From NCBI GenBank assembly GCA_012401045.1, contig GCA_012401045.1_4704.2: a stretch of DNA of 64,000 bases. One strand, 5' to 3'. The stretch comes from a phage. Shown here piece by piece: positions 29,136 through 39,840 of the stretch. The notes below the pieces were generated by a model. That model did no database searches and had not been told where the DNA came from. It was given only the letters and a program-made list of their open reading frames with translations. Position numbers and translations under genes: made by a program. The stretch's first letter is position 1. The number at the start of each line of letters is the position of its first letter.

Positions 29136-32129
29136 ATGAGCGTAACCAACAAAGATCTTGCTGAACAGCTCAATCGCTATATGCTTTCACCTATTGAAAT
29201 GCAGGCTGTTGCAAGCGATATGATCCGTTTGGCTTCTGATGGTGAATTAACCCTGGTTGACCCCAGCTGTCCGTTTGTTTATCTGCTGGAGGTTGCAACG
29301 GCGACGGCTGCGAACCAGAACGCACGAGATGAGTCCCGTGTTCGCGAACTGTATCCAAAACTTGCAACCAACTGGAGCCAGCTCTATCGTTGGATGTACG
29401 ACGAGTCGTACGTCGGACGTTTCGCAATGCCGGGTAAAACGGAAATCATTTATTCGTTAGGGTATCAGGAAATCCTCGATCGTGCGGTAGAAATTCCAAA
29501 CAATGCCACCTCCGATGATTTAAGCCGTTCTTACAGCCGTAAGTTAGTGATACCACGTACGACGGCGTTTACGGTAGCCGGAATGGATTTCGGGTTGCAT
29601 TATCCCATCGAAATCCAAGTGCAAGCGCACGACCAGATCCGCGTCGTTTATAACACCGATAACATCAGCCCATTGCAAACCTTGGAGAGTAACCAAGTTG
29701 AGTATGGGGTTGTTCGTGTAAAAGCGGGTAAAGTGTTGGTGATGCGTATCCCGCTGTTCCAGTTTAAAACACTGGTAAAAGATGTGCCGTTTAACAGCGT
29801 TCACGGAATGAACAGCAGTATTACCTTCGAAGATCAGTTTTACCATTGTCGTGCGTACATGTCGTCGGATAACGATACCTGGACGGAGATAGCGACAACG
29901 CACAGTCAACAGATCTACGATCCGTTAACACCAACCATCGCGTTACAAGTAGAAGGGAACAAACTTAACTGGCGTGTTCCTGAAATTTATTTGTCTCAAG
30001 GTACGATGGATAAAAGCACCATTCGACTTGAGGTGTTGACGACGAAAGGGAAAATCAGCGTCGACCCGTCTGATTACGATGTGACCGACTGGAAAGATAA
30101 CTACATCGATTTGTCGCCAAAAGCTGAACAGAAATACAGTGCACCGCTAAGTGCATTCAACATTAAAGGGATTTATAGCGAAGGGGCATTGTCGGGTGGG
30201 CGATCCGCGTTAACGTTCGAGGAACAACGTGAACGTGTTATGGCGGGTGTGAACAAAACCAAGGTGCCGATCACAGGAACGCAGGTAGAGCTGGTGCTTC
30301 AAGATGCGGGTTACGGGATGGTGACCACCATCGACAACGTAACCAATCGTTCGTTCCTGGCAACCCGAGATTTACCGCAATTGAGCGACAGCGTACCGCA
30401 AGCCGGTTCGTTGATGGGGTCTTTCTATACTTCAGCCGCAGCATTGGTGAAAAGTAAGTTTGTCGCCGATAACGGCGATCGTATTACGATTAAACCCGAT
30501 TGCTTGTATCGTGACAGTAACGGAAGTATCGCGCTGTTGTCAGACGATGAAATTGACCGTATTAATGCAGGCAACTCTGATGCAAAGTTGAACGCGGTAA
30601 ACAACGCCATGTTGTTTTACAGTCCGTTTCATTACGTATTAGACGCGACAAGCGATTTCGATATCCATGCTTATTACCTGGACGCCCCTAAGATCGGCAC
30701 ACAAGCATTCCTCGACGCGAACGAGACAATCCCGTTAACCGCTATGGTGACCGGATACCGTCTGGATCGTATCGCTGAAGGATATCGTCTAAGCCTCATT
30801 GTAGAAGGTAACGACGCATGGAAGGCGCTCGACGATAAAAACGTGCATATCCAGCTGGGATTCAATCCGCGGGGTGAGGGTGATTATGCGACGATGTTGG
30901 CGTCACCGACAACCGATGAACAAGGTCGTCGTTTGTTCACCTTCGATATCACCACGAATTATGATTTTACACGAATCCTGGCTGATGATTCCACGGCGTA
31001 TGAACCGTATATCGCATTGACCTCTTTCTCGATGTATGAATCAACACCGCGGGATTATTGGGCATCACTGCAGCAGTATTTGGAAATCTTCCATGTGGTG
31101 ACGGATTACGCGCCGGAAGATGTCGACGGTATCTTACACAGTGCTTCCGATAATTACCTGGTTAAGAAACTCACGCTTCAAAATGGGTATTGTTTCTACC
31201 GTGAACGTCTCACCGCAACCTTTGGTTATGATCTGGATGGCCTTTGGATGCGCTCACGTACGGTGGCCTCGGAGATTACGTATAAACGTTACACCGAGAA
31301 CATTCCGTGGGTGTATGATGAAGATATCCCAGCGACGGATGAGACCGGCTCGGTTATCATTGAACAAGGTGACGATGGTACGCTGTCGGTTAAATACCTG
31401 CATCGTAAAGGTGACCCGAAATTAAACAGTGATGGAAGCCAAGCCTATCGTTATCTGAAAGGCGACATCATGAAAGATAATTACGGTAATCCGATCCCTG
31501 TCGATGAACGTGAGGTTCTGCGTAACCTGGACATGTTCTTTATTGATGCGTCGTATCTGTTAGCGAACGATACAGACGTGATTGAGTATCGTAATGCGAT
31601 TCCTACGCAGCTTATCGAATGGATCCAGAACGATATCGACACGTTCAGGAATTTCTGTTATGAAGAAACAGAGATTTCATTGTATCCTAAGCAATCGCTG
31701 GGGTATGTGGATGTTATTGTGGAAAACGGATTGGAAACAACGCTTCCTGCTGCCCTCTCGTTCAACGTGACACTGTACTTACCGGCTAAGCAATACGCTG
31801 ACCTGGATTTACGTCAAGTCCTTCAAGCGATGGTATCGAAAGTCATCAATGAATGCTTGACATCCCGTACAGTAGCTAAAGCAGAAATGATCGCGATGAT
31901 TCGTGAGGAGGGCGGTGACGACATCCTTAACGTTGAAATCGATGATTTTGGACCAGGTAAGAACCTCAGTGTTTATACCGCGAAGAACGACGGTGTTCGC
32001 TGCGCGGTGAAGAAAGAGCTTTATGTGAAAGCGGATGGTATCTTGTCCGTACGTGAAGCGATCGATGTGAGTTTTGTGAAACACGCACAAAGCAACAGTT
32101 CAGCGCTAGCGCAAGGCCTTCGTGTCTAA
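29136..32129 (+). CDS. large hypothetical structural-type protein (997 aa)
   Basis: GAGGG RBS 7 nt before ATG; ends at bidirectional hairpin terminator. No catalytic motif recognised. Confidence 0.75.
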   Translation: MSVTNKDLAEQLNRYMLSPIEMQAVASDMIRLASDGELTLVDPSCPFVYLLEVATATAANQNARDESRVRELYPKLATNWSQLYRWMYDESYVGRFAMPGKTEIIYSLGYQEILDRAVEIPNNATSDDLSRSYSRKLVIPRTTAFTVAGMDFGLHYPIEIQVQAHDQIRVVYNTDNISPLQTLESNQVEYGVVRVKAGKVLVMRIPLFQFKTLVKDVPFNSVHGMNSSITFEDQFYHCRAYMSSDNDTWTEIATTHSQQIYDPLTPTIALQVEGNKLNWRVPEIYLSQGTMDKSTIRLEVLTTKGKISVDPSDYDVTDWKDNYIDLSPKAEQKYSAPLSAFNIKGIYSEGALSGGRSALTFEEQRERVMAGVNKTKVPITGTQVELVLQDAGYGMVTTIDNVTNRSFLATRDLPQLSDSVPQAGSLMGSFYTSAAALVKSKFVADNGDRITIKPDCLYRDSNGSIALLSDDEIDRINAGNSDAKLNAVNNAMLFYSPFHYVLDATSDFDIHAYYLDAPKIGTQAFLDANETIPLTAMVTGYRLDRIAEGYRLSLIVEGNDAWKALDDKNVHIQLGFNPRGEGDYATMLASPTTDEQGRRLFTFDITTNYDFTRILADDSTAYEPYIALTSFSMYESTPRDYWASLQQYLEIFHVVTDYAPEDVDGILHSASDNYLVKKLTLQNGYCFYRERLTATFGYDLDGLWMRSRTVASEITYKRYTENIPWVYDEDIPATDETGSVIIEQGDDGTLSVKYLHRKGDPKLNSDGSQAYRYLKGDIMKDNYGNPIPVDEREVLRNLDMFFIDASYLLANDTDVIEYRNAIPTQLIEWIQNDIDTFRNFCYEETEISLYPKQSLGYVDVIVENGLETTLPAALSFNVTLYLPAKQYADLDLRQVLQAMVSKVINECLTSRTVAKAEMIAMIREEGGDDILNVEIDDFGPGKNLSVYTAKNDGVRCAVKKELYVKADGILSVREAIDVSFVKHAQSNSSALAQGLRV

Positions 32130-32144
32130 AACAAAATAGCATGA

Positions 32145-32189
32145 GCATAACCCTCCTCCAACCCAACAGGGAAGGAGGAGGGAATATGC
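32145..32189. terminator. bidirectional hairpin terminator (CCCTCCTCC...GGAGGAGGG) between convergent genes
   Basis: Located between stop of 29136..32129 (+) and stop of 32192..34984 (-). Confidence 0.6.
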
Positions 32190-32191
32190 TG

Positions 32192-34984
32192 TTATCTTAC
32201 GTTATTGCTGTTCTGCTGTTCGCTGAACCAACTGTACACCTTGAGATCGGTACCGTATTTCAATGCGATATACGCATTCAGCGCAGCACAGAACAAAGAC
32301 GCGAATGCCCATATCAGCGAAGGATCAACATCTTCCGTTACCACCTGGAGAGTATTATCCGGTTCCCATGATGGAGAACTGTCCATGAACGTCGTGTACC
32401 ATTCCCGCCGTTGTTCTTCGGTGGTAAAGTCGCTATGAGGTTCCAACGCTTCTTTTGCCAGACGTCGATATTCGAACATATGCGTTGCTAAAGCCGACGA
32501 GTTACCAGATTCGCCTTCATAGTTCGGATCCACCGCATAACAGAGTTCTGTTGAATCCAACAAAGCAATCGCTTGTGTGATGCTGTCGGCAGTGCCTGCA
32601 CCATAAAGCTCGATAGACCGCGAAAGCTTTTCACAGAACGCATTTAACGCGGAAGGATTGGACACCTGAAGGTCAAGGCCTAATGTCCACGGATAGTTAC
32701 TGAATACGCCCGTAAACCGCGGCATAACACCCAACAGATGTTGTCCGATTACAGCACGGTTATAAACAGCCCGGTTATAGACTTGAAACGCAGCCTCCAA
32801 AGCTTGGTTATAATGACGACGAAGTTCGTCACGCGAGTTGCGGAATCTGTTTGCCGCAAGACTTGTGGCTGCGACGCTACAAACATCGTAATTGGTGGAC
32901 GAGAGCACAGTTTCGTTAAGATCGAACGATTCCTGTTTCAACGATCCGCTAACCGCTGCTGCTTCGCTGTTTGCTTTATCGACAACAGTACTCAAAGCGT
33001 TGATGTAACGTTTAGCTCGGACTTCCAGCCATTGTGCGATACCGAGAATATCCACCGCGGCTTTAGCAAGATCGCGTGCATTCACGATTTCGTTCTTCAA
33101 CGCCCCTAAACCTTTATTTTCAGGCAATGAGGCTTGTTGACGAATCATGCTGTTCAACATGGTAAGCAGATTATCCAACTCATGTCCACTGACCTTGTTA
33201 CGTGCATCGGTAATAGGACCTTGCAGGAATTTACGGCAACCATCGTTGTATCGAATCAGTTTATCCACATCGATAGATTCGTTCGTGGATTCCTTGAACT
33301 GATTCTTCAATTCTTCACGGTAGTCATGGATTTCACTTGCGAGATTATCGATAGTGATACCATCATATCCAAGAAGAACTTTATTGAAGTTACCTTTCTC
33401 GAATGCAAGAGCAAGACCTTCACGAATCTTAGCGAGTTTGTCCTGATCAAGTTCACGACCGTTCGATAGCTCTTTCACTTCCGAGCTGATTAATGCCGAA
33501 ACGTTACCCAGATTGTCGGTAACTCCTTTGAACGCTCCCGACCAGATCGTTCCTGCTTCAGCGTATTTCGCAATGGTCTGAATACCGACGGTATGCAACG
33601 ACGCTAAACGTTTCTTCGTGCCTTCGGTAAGCAGTGCGTCTTTAGCTCGCGTAAGTTGACTGTTATTAGCTTCCGCTTGCTGGATTGCTGCTTTCGCACT
33701 TCCATTACGCCAGCTCTTAACTAACCAATCAACCAAACGTTTTAGGATGTTGACGGTGTATTCCATTGTCCGCCGTAACGTTTCCCACGCGCTTTCTGCG
33801 GTATAAATGCCGTACCCTTCCATCTTCGTTGGGTCAAAGAAACCTTCCTGCACGAGATCAGTACGTGTGTAGCCATCAGCAGCTTCTACTTCCGCCTGGG
33901 TTTTATCCCAGAAGTCGTCGCTCTTTGCAGCAATCGCTGTATCTTTAACGTCCAGGATGATCTGACCAACCGTTTGTGCAAACAGCAAGGCCGCACGTAC
34001 CGATTGTGCGAACATCCGCTGATATTTGATTCGAACGCATTGCATCTGGGTTAGCAGATTCAGTTGTGCGATCCCATCCAAGGTGCTATCCTGAGCAAGC
34101 CCTTCGGCTTTAGTGATAACCTGTTTTACACGTTCAGCGACATCACCGTACTGCTGGCAAACATCTCGCAGAATACGTGCCGCGAAGACCCCGGTACCGA
34201 TATAGTTCAATAGGTCTTTTAACGACCATTCGGTCGGACAATCGGTCGGCGCAATAGGGAGTAAGCAACCATCACCGTCCATGAATCTCTCTAATGCGCT
34301 AATATCCTGATTTTCTACGCTCATGGGGATATCGACATCAGCCGCTTGCAGATCCAGCATCTGTTGTAGGATGTTGGTATCGGCTTGTACAAGCGTCACA
34401 AGCGCTTGGCTGTGTGCGATTATTGGTAACGCAGGTGACCATACTGCAGCAAGCTTGTCGGCGTGACGTTGAATGGCATACCCCATATCCTCGATCACAT
34501 CGGGATGCTCGATAACCCCCTGAAGCGTTTGATGTAGCTCACCGAGTTGCTGAGACAGATCGACCATCATGGTGTTGAAGGTTTCACCATCCTCTTTGTG
34601 GTTGTCCAGACGCTCGAGTTCATGTCGAAGCAATGTAACGAGCTGTCCGTTGCCTTCTTGCTTCAGCTTGCTTTCCATTAACGTAATGGCTTTATCGACG
34701 ATCTGACACGCTTCACGAAAACCGGTTGTGGAAGGAAGCTCTGTCCATAACGCCAACGGTTTACCGTCAAGGGCTTCCGGCATCGATAAAGAAAGCATAG
34801 ACAGTTGTTGACGTGATACTTGCTGTTCACGGTGTAATGTTTCTTTTAACGCCAGGAGATCGTCAAGAAACGCGCCGTTAAGGGTGGTCGTACGCGGTGT
34901 TGAATTAATACCGTCAGTTAACGATTCAAGCACCAGGAGACCGTTATCAGCTGAAGAGAGTCCCGCGGCAAGATATTTGTTCAT
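32192..34984 (-). CDS. large hypothetical protein (~930 aa)
   Basis: Track ORF extends to GTG at 35041 through a perfect 12-bp-stem hairpin; first ATG is codon 20 with GGAG RBS. Confidence 0.7.
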   Translation of the reverse strand: MNKYLAAGLSSADNGLLVLESLTDGINSTPRTTTLNGAFLDDLLALKETLHREQQVSRQQLSMLSLSMPEALDGKPLALWTELPSTTGFREACQIVDKAITLMESKLKQEGNGQLVTLLRHELERLDNHKEDGETFNTMMVDLSQQLGELHQTLQGVIEHPDVIEDMGYAIQRHADKLAAVWSPALPIIAHSQALVTLVQADTNILQQMLDLQAADVDIPMSVENQDISALERFMDGDGCLLPIAPTDCPTEWSLKDLLNYIGTGVFAARILRDVCQQYGDVAERVKQVITKAEGLAQDSTLDGIAQLNLLTQMQCVRIKYQRMFAQSVRAALLFAQTVGQIILDVKDTAIAAKSDDFWDKTQAEVEAADGYTRTDLVQEGFFDPTKMEGYGIYTAESAWETLRRTMEYTVNILKRLVDWLVKSWRNGSAKAAIQQAEANNSQLTRAKDALLTEGTKKRLASLHTVGIQTIAKYAEAGTIWSGAFKGVTDNLGNVSALISSEVKELSNGRELDQDKLAKIREGLALAFEKGNFNKVLLGYDGITIDNLASEIHDYREELKNQFKESTNESIDVDKLIRYNDGCRKFLQGPITDARNKVSGHELDNLLTMLNSMIRQQASLPENKGLGALKNEIVNARDLAKAAVDILGIAQWLEVRAKRYINALSTVVDKANSEAAAVSGSLKQESFDLNETVLSSTNYDVCSVAATSLAANRFRNSRDELRRHYNQALEAAFQVYNRAVYNRAVIGQHLLGVMPRFTGVFSNYPWTLGLDLQVSNPSALNAFCEKLSRSIELYGAGTADSITQAIALLDSTELCYAVDPNYEGESGNSSALATHMFEYRRLAKEALEPHSDFTTEEQRREWYTTFMDSSPSWEPDNTLQVVTEDVDPSLIWAFASLFCAALNAYIALKYGTDLKVYSWFSEQQNSNNVR

Positions 34985-34999
34985 AAAACACTCCGTTGG

Positions 35000-35030
35000 C
35001 CTAGGGGAAGGCTGAAAACCTTCCCCTAGG
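35000..35030 (-). terminator. perfect palindrome CCTAGGGGAAGG-ctgaaaa-CCTTCCCCTAGG (12-bp stems)
   Basis: Sits between stop of 35044..37839 and ATG 34984 of the next gene. Confidence 0.45.
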
Positions 35031-35043
35031 GTTATAAACACAA

Positions 35044-37839
35044 TTAAGCTAATTTACCGAAACCGGCTTTCTGCAGTTTCTCGTTGATGATTTTCGCTTC
35101 AGCGAAGACGTAATCACGATACGCAGTGACTAATCCGTCCACCCGTGAACGCAAGGCTTCTTCGAAGCTATACCACGCAGCGATTTCACGAATCTGTGCG
35201 TTGATATAATCAACGGTTGAGCGAAGCTCGGTTGCGTTTTCTTGCGGAATGGCTTTCACCTGGCGAGCAACGTCATTTAAACGACGGAACTGTGTTTCGA
35301 TTTCTTTAAACTTACTGTCGGCAAGTTTGCTGAATTCGTCACCAGAACGGGTAAATAACAGATAGCTGTTGCCGTCAAGTGCGGTCGCTAACTGCTGAAG
35401 TACGTTGGTGTCCGGATACACAGGAGTACCGCTTTGCAGTACTTTCTCACCGAATTCCGCGAAGTCCTTCGGTGGTAAGTGTGCAGACGTTGTCAATTCG
35501 TTGAAACGGAAAGTCAGCGAATTATCATACAGCATCCGGTACGCTTCCATACCCTGTTTCATGGTACCGGCCAGGTTAGCCAGACGCGGAGCAATCTCGC
35601 CTTCTTTAGCGCGTTTCTGGTCTTCTAACGCCCCTTCGAGTTCTTTACACTGGTCGTTCAGATACACGATACGATCAGGACGTAGACGACGCATCTCACG
35701 AAGAATAGTATCCAGCTTACCTTCCTGGAAATAACCCAACGTTAAAGACGTACACGCTTGCTGAAGACGATCGAACACCGGTAAGGTTACCATCTCCTTA
35801 CGGATACCATCAACAATCGCAGAAACAGCCGAAAGTTTCTGTTCTGTAGTCAATGGAACATCAGAGGCCGACTTGCTGGGTGCACCAACAACGTTACGCA
35901 TTGCGTCGGTATCCTCGGTTTTATCAACCTCTTTACGAACATGCTCATCAGGAACATAAACGTTCGCGTTACGTTTCGCCTGCTTGATGGCGTCGTTGGC
36001 CGCTTTTTCGGTGGCTGCTACGCTATCAGCACGTTTCTTCAAGAGTTCAATAATCCAGAGCAACAGACGACGAATCGCAGTATAGGCCGTCGTGATGATG
36101 ACACCGATAACAGCCATCTTCATGATACCGAACGATTCCATGGTCGGCTCTAACGCTTGGTCTGGCATATACCGTTCACGCAGCTCCAGATAGATCTGCT
36201 CATCTGGTTTGCTGACCTCACCACGATGCGAAGTACGATAGATGGCTTCGTCAATCTCAACAAGATCTTTGCGGGCCTGGCGATCGGATTCTGTTAAGTA
36301 AGCACAACCGGATACGTCGTCTTCGAAGCTTAAGAATTTGAAAAAGTCACTGACGTCGATCTTGATCTTCTTCGCTTCATTATCGACATCGATAACATCT
36401 TTTTTCTGTGCCTGATATTCCGCTTTGATGTCGTTCACCGGCTTCAACGCACGTTCTTTTAATGCCTGCACGATCTGTTTCCAGTCGGCGTCACGCTCAA
36501 GAACAAGGAAGTAATTCTTGAGTTCAAAAGCACGGTAACGCGCAACGAGTTGTTCTACCTGAATATGAGCGAGTTGCACATCCATCAGCCAACGCGACAT
36601 TGCTGAGATCAAACGGCTATAAGCAAGCAATGTCTGATATGTTAGCTTCATGTGCTTTTCGTACAGCTCAATATCGCCGTCTTGAATATCAGCCGTTGGG
36701 TTCATTTCCTTCGTTGCTTTGAAGATCTGTTCGGCCTCATTTAACGTTTGTTCGAATTTGACTTCATTAAACGTGTCAAACGGTTCAGCCAACTCCATCA
36801 TTCGATCGTGAAGCTCACGAACCCAGGCTTCCTTATTGTTGCGAATAGCTGCGTCATCGTGAAGTTCAGTTTGATGTTTCTGTACCCATTCTTCGACGAT
36901 ATCAGCGGCGGCAACAATTCCTGTACCATCGGAAACTAACGGAACAACTCCAGCAAGTACGCCTACACACGCCGGGGTTTTCCAATAATCGTTCAAAGCG
37001 TTTCTGAATTCAACGATGGATTGTACGTTTGGTACCGTATCCAAAAACGTACTGCCGTTACGGCTCATTGTCGTTACGATATCAGCGAATTCCTTCTGCT
37101 TAGCGGTAACAAAAGGAACCAGGACCATAAGCCATTCAGCAACCGACTTCGCTTTCTCTTTCAGATTTTTGTCAGCGATTTCCTTAAGGTTTATCGCACC
37201 ACCGTAACCTGCAAGCTCTTTATATACGTCGCTAAGGGTCATCTGTTTATCCAACATTTCTTTGAAACGTGGGTAATCAGCACCTAACGCATCGACAATA
37301 TCGTTGATTACGTCATCAGTTGTTGCGATAAACTTCTTCGTATCAACGTTTGAATATTTCCAGACGTATCGTACTGCTTTCTTGATTCCTGCAAAGATAA
37401 ACGCCCAGATACGCTTGATGAGTTCCCAGACTTTCTTCGCGCCATCGACAAACAGTTTAGAGACCTTGGCAACGAATCCTTCCTGCACCAATTCAACGCC
37501 GTTACGTGATGGGATTTCCGTGAAGAAAGCATCCGGCAGTTGTTTCGGGAATGCGTCACCAAGACGCATACGCAGTTCCGGTACATCAGCACGAGAAATA
37601 CCGCGTGTTACTAATTGTTCGTGAAGACGAACGTTTTCTTCACCAGAGGTCACGAATTCGTCAACATCGAAGGAGACCATTGTTTCCTGATCTTCGGTGG
37701 TAACGACGCTTGAACCATCACTGGTTTGGATGTCTTCGTCAGGGAATGCCATGAGCATACCGTGACGCATTTCAACCACCCCGTAATCGGTTGCTAAACC
37801 GAATTCGTTGTGGTCTGGGGTAATAACTGGGATACTCAT
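35044..37839 (-). CDS. large acidic head-type protein (931 aa), distant member of the paralog family, with one internal hydrophobic helix
   Basis: AAGGAGA RBS; N-terminal acidic region plus LVQEGF motif and amphipathic helix (WELIKRIWAFIFAGIKK) as in the 19762-25252 family. Confidence 0.7.
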   Translation of the reverse strand: MSIPVITPDHNEFGLATDYGVVEMRHGMLMAFPDEDIQTSDGSSVVTTEDQETMVSFDVDEFVTSGEENVRLHEQLVTRGISRADVPELRMRLGDAFPKQLPDAFFTEIPSRNGVELVQEGFVAKVSKLFVDGAKKVWELIKRIWAFIFAGIKKAVRYVWKYSNVDTKKFIATTDDVINDIVDALGADYPRFKEMLDKQMTLSDVYKELAGYGGAINLKEIADKNLKEKAKSVAEWLMVLVPFVTAKQKEFADIVTTMSRNGSTFLDTVPNVQSIVEFRNALNDYWKTPACVGVLAGVVPLVSDGTGIVAAADIVEEWVQKHQTELHDDAAIRNNKEAWVRELHDRMMELAEPFDTFNEVKFEQTLNEAEQIFKATKEMNPTADIQDGDIELYEKHMKLTYQTLLAYSRLISAMSRWLMDVQLAHIQVEQLVARYRAFELKNYFLVLERDADWKQIVQALKERALKPVNDIKAEYQAQKKDVIDVDNEAKKIKIDVSDFFKFLSFEDDVSGCAYLTESDRQARKDLVEIDEAIYRTSHRGEVSKPDEQIYLELRERYMPDQALEPTMESFGIMKMAVIGVIITTAYTAIRRLLLWIIELLKKRADSVAATEKAANDAIKQAKRNANVYVPDEHVRKEVDKTEDTDAMRNVVGAPSKSASDVPLTTEQKLSAVSAIVDGIRKEMVTLPVFDRLQQACTSLTLGYFQEGKLDTILREMRRLRPDRIVYLNDQCKELEGALEDQKRAKEGEIAPRLANLAGTMKQGMEAYRMLYDNSLTFRFNELTTSAHLPPKDFAEFGEKVLQSGTPVYPDTNVLQQLATALDGNSYLLFTRSGDEFSKLADSKFKEIETQFRRLNDVARQVKAIPQENATELRSTVDYINAQIREIAAWYSFEEALRSRVDGLVTAYRDYVFAEAKIINEKLQKAGFGKLA

Positions 37840-38276
37840 GCATTCTCTCCTTGCAGTGCGTTAGCGAAAGCCGTTGCGAGTTGCGCAACCAGCTTAGGAT
37901 CAACACCTTCGATAACGTCGGGCAGCCCTGCGGTTTCTTGGTCACGAACGGCGGAGGCTAATAACAGCATGGTTTCAGGTGCGGTCGGCTCATGCACCAT
38001 GCGGTAACGCAGGCACCAGAAGTAGCGGGCAACGTCTAACGCATCGGCCAGCCCAATAACCAGTACCTTGTTCAGCTTATCCAGCCCTTCACGGATTTTA
38101 GGGAGATGTTCGCGAACGAAAATGCTATCTGCGGTCAGATCTTCTTTTTCAGCGAATACGGGCATGCTGTAACCAGCGATATAACCTGCGGCAATACTTA
38201 GCGCACGGGTCTGTTGTTCGGCTGGGAAATCACGTACCAGGTCTTTCAGCTGAACGGCGAAATCAGAAATATTCAT
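37836..38276 (-). CDS. hypothetical protein (146 aa)
   Basis: AAAGGA RBS; overlaps downstream start by 4 nt. Confidence 0.65.
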   Translation of the reverse strand: MNISDFAVQLKDLVRDFPAEQQTRALSIAAGYIAGYSMPVFAEKEDLTADSIFVREHLPKIREGLDKLNKVLVIGLADALDVARYFWCLRYRMVHEPTAPETMLLLASAVRDQETAGLPDVIEGVDPKLVAQLATAFANALQGENA

Positions 38277-38308
38277 GTTAAATTCCTTTATAGTAAAAAT
38301 AGAAGAGA

Positions 38309-39619
38309 TTAGGCGATAATGGAGTCAAGAGTCGCTGCGGTTTTGAACAGATCGTTGTTCATTGTAGAAGAAAGGACTTGCTGAATTTCTTCCTGTTTAA
38401 CCGCTTTACGAACCCCAGGACGAAGGATAAGCGTAACCATCTGTGAAAAGGTACGATTATTGTTCATCGCACTCAGCGTTTCATCGATTGTTTTGATGGC
38501 ATCCAGCGTCATGGAACGAACATCGCTTGGGATATCACGATCTTTCAAGCGTATAATTAAATCTTGTTTGATTTTACGGAATCGTTCCATGTCGTTATCG
38601 TAAATGCTGTATGTCGGATCTAACCAAACAGAAAGCGCGGTTACAGCGACAACAACCAACACGCCGATAGCACCAACAGAAGCTAAACCTATCGCCATCA
38701 TAGAAGCTATAGTAGCATCCATGATGAAGGAGAGCCAGAACATCGTTTTGGACTTCACGGAGTCTTTGCTATAAAGCCGATACATTTTAGCAAGCCCGCT
38801 AACGAGATACTCCCCACCGCCATGACGCGTAGCGAACTGATCAGCCATGAATTCGGAAGCAACGTCGGTATATCGTCCAGCGTTGTTTACGTTTCTTAAC
38901 TGCATCGCTCTGTTAGACACGTAAACCGTGTACCAGACACTACCGTCGTCTGAATCACTGATTTTGTCTACGTCGACGTTGGTATCCAACGTTTTGTTTA
39001 ACGCTTTCGCCAGTTCGATACGTTTTACCTTATCGGTTGTCCCCAACAGTTCACGCTGTACGGTCATGATTGAGGCTTCGACACGAACCGTTTCCGACAA
39101 TGTTTCAAGGAAGGTAAATGCGTGCCCGATTTCATGCAGCATTATGGCTGCTTTTTCTTCCGGAAGAAAGGGTTCTGTCGCCGTTAGCAGTTCATACGTG
39201 ATGGCAGAACGAATCTTCAATTCTTCAAAAATACCGTAAACACGACCTTTTTCTAAATCGACGTAACCGACAGGTGTATCTTTAATCTTCTTAAGGAGCG
39301 TAACACCATCAGCACCGCGCATCCATAACCGATGATAGTCTGCCAGGATTGTGTTGTTTGTCGAAATATCCGGCGGGTACACGTAGGCATTCATCCGGCC
39401 CATTTTCACGTCGACCGAGAATTCGATGTTCAACCCCGTATAGCGTTTAACCATCTCGGTTAAACGACCGTCCTTGAAAACGTTTAAAACCTCTTTTTTA
39501 TCCAGTCCCTGTTTGCTTCTGAAGAACTCGGTCATTTCCTTGAACAAGGAACCATCTTGAAACTTGATGGCCTCCATCGTTAATTCGTCATGACCATACA
39601 CGCGTTGTAGTAATGACAT
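38309..39619 (-). CDS. putative membrane-anchored zinc metallopeptidase (HExxH; 436 aa)
   Basis: Motif AIMLHEIGHAF (HExxH) mid-protein; two hydrophobic helices near C-terminus; GAGAG RBS; perfect 18-bp palindrome just upstream of RBS. Confidence 0.5.
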   Translation of the reverse strand: MSLLQRVYGHDELTMEAIKFQDGSLFKEMTEFFRSKQGLDKKEVLNVFKDGRLTEMVKRYTGLNIEFSVDVKMGRMNAYVYPPDISTNNTILADYHRLWMRGADGVTLLKKIKDTPVGYVDLEKGRVYGIFEELKIRSAITYELLTATEPFLPEEKAAIMLHEIGHAFTFLETLSETVRVEASIMTVQRELLGTTDKVKRIELAKALNKTLDTNVDVDKISDSDDGSVWYTVYVSNRAMQLRNVNNAGRYTDVASEFMADQFATRHGGGEYLVSGLAKMYRLYSKDSVKSKTMFWLSFIMDATIASMMAIGLASVGAIGVLVVVAVTALSVWLDPTYSIYDNDMERFRKIKQDLIIRLKDRDIPSDVRSMTLDAIKTIDETLSAMNNNRTFSQMVTLILRPGVRKAVKQEEIQQVLSSTMNNDLFKTAATLDSIIA

Positions 39620-39630
39620 TGTACACTCTC

Positions 39631-39648
39631 TAAATTTACGTAAATTTA
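39631..39648. promoter_or_regulatory. perfect 18-bp palindrome TAAATTTACGTAAATTTA upstream of the HExxH protease gene
   Basis: Located ~12-30 nt upstream of the start codon, in the divergent region with the DNA polymerase fragment gene. Confidence 0.35.
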
Positions 39649-39840
39649 AGGGCTAATGGATCGGCTGGCCGCACCAATCACAATGTGTCCGCTGCTATGC
39701 AACGGCATTCATAGAAATACCTTTTGACGGTAACATCACCGTTCATACCCCAAGCAATAAGAGTGGTCGGTTAAAAACAACAGAACGTGGGGATGATATA
39801 GAAAATCACCTTTTAACACTTATTACGAGTTTATCAAGCC

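Noticed and set aside
32141-32371. 76-aa plus-strand ORF beginning at the ATG right after the GGAGGAGGG hairpin arm
   Set aside because: The apparent SD plus ATG is part of the palindromic terminator (GGAGGAGGG...TATGC), and the ORF runs antisense into the 3' end of 32192..34984.
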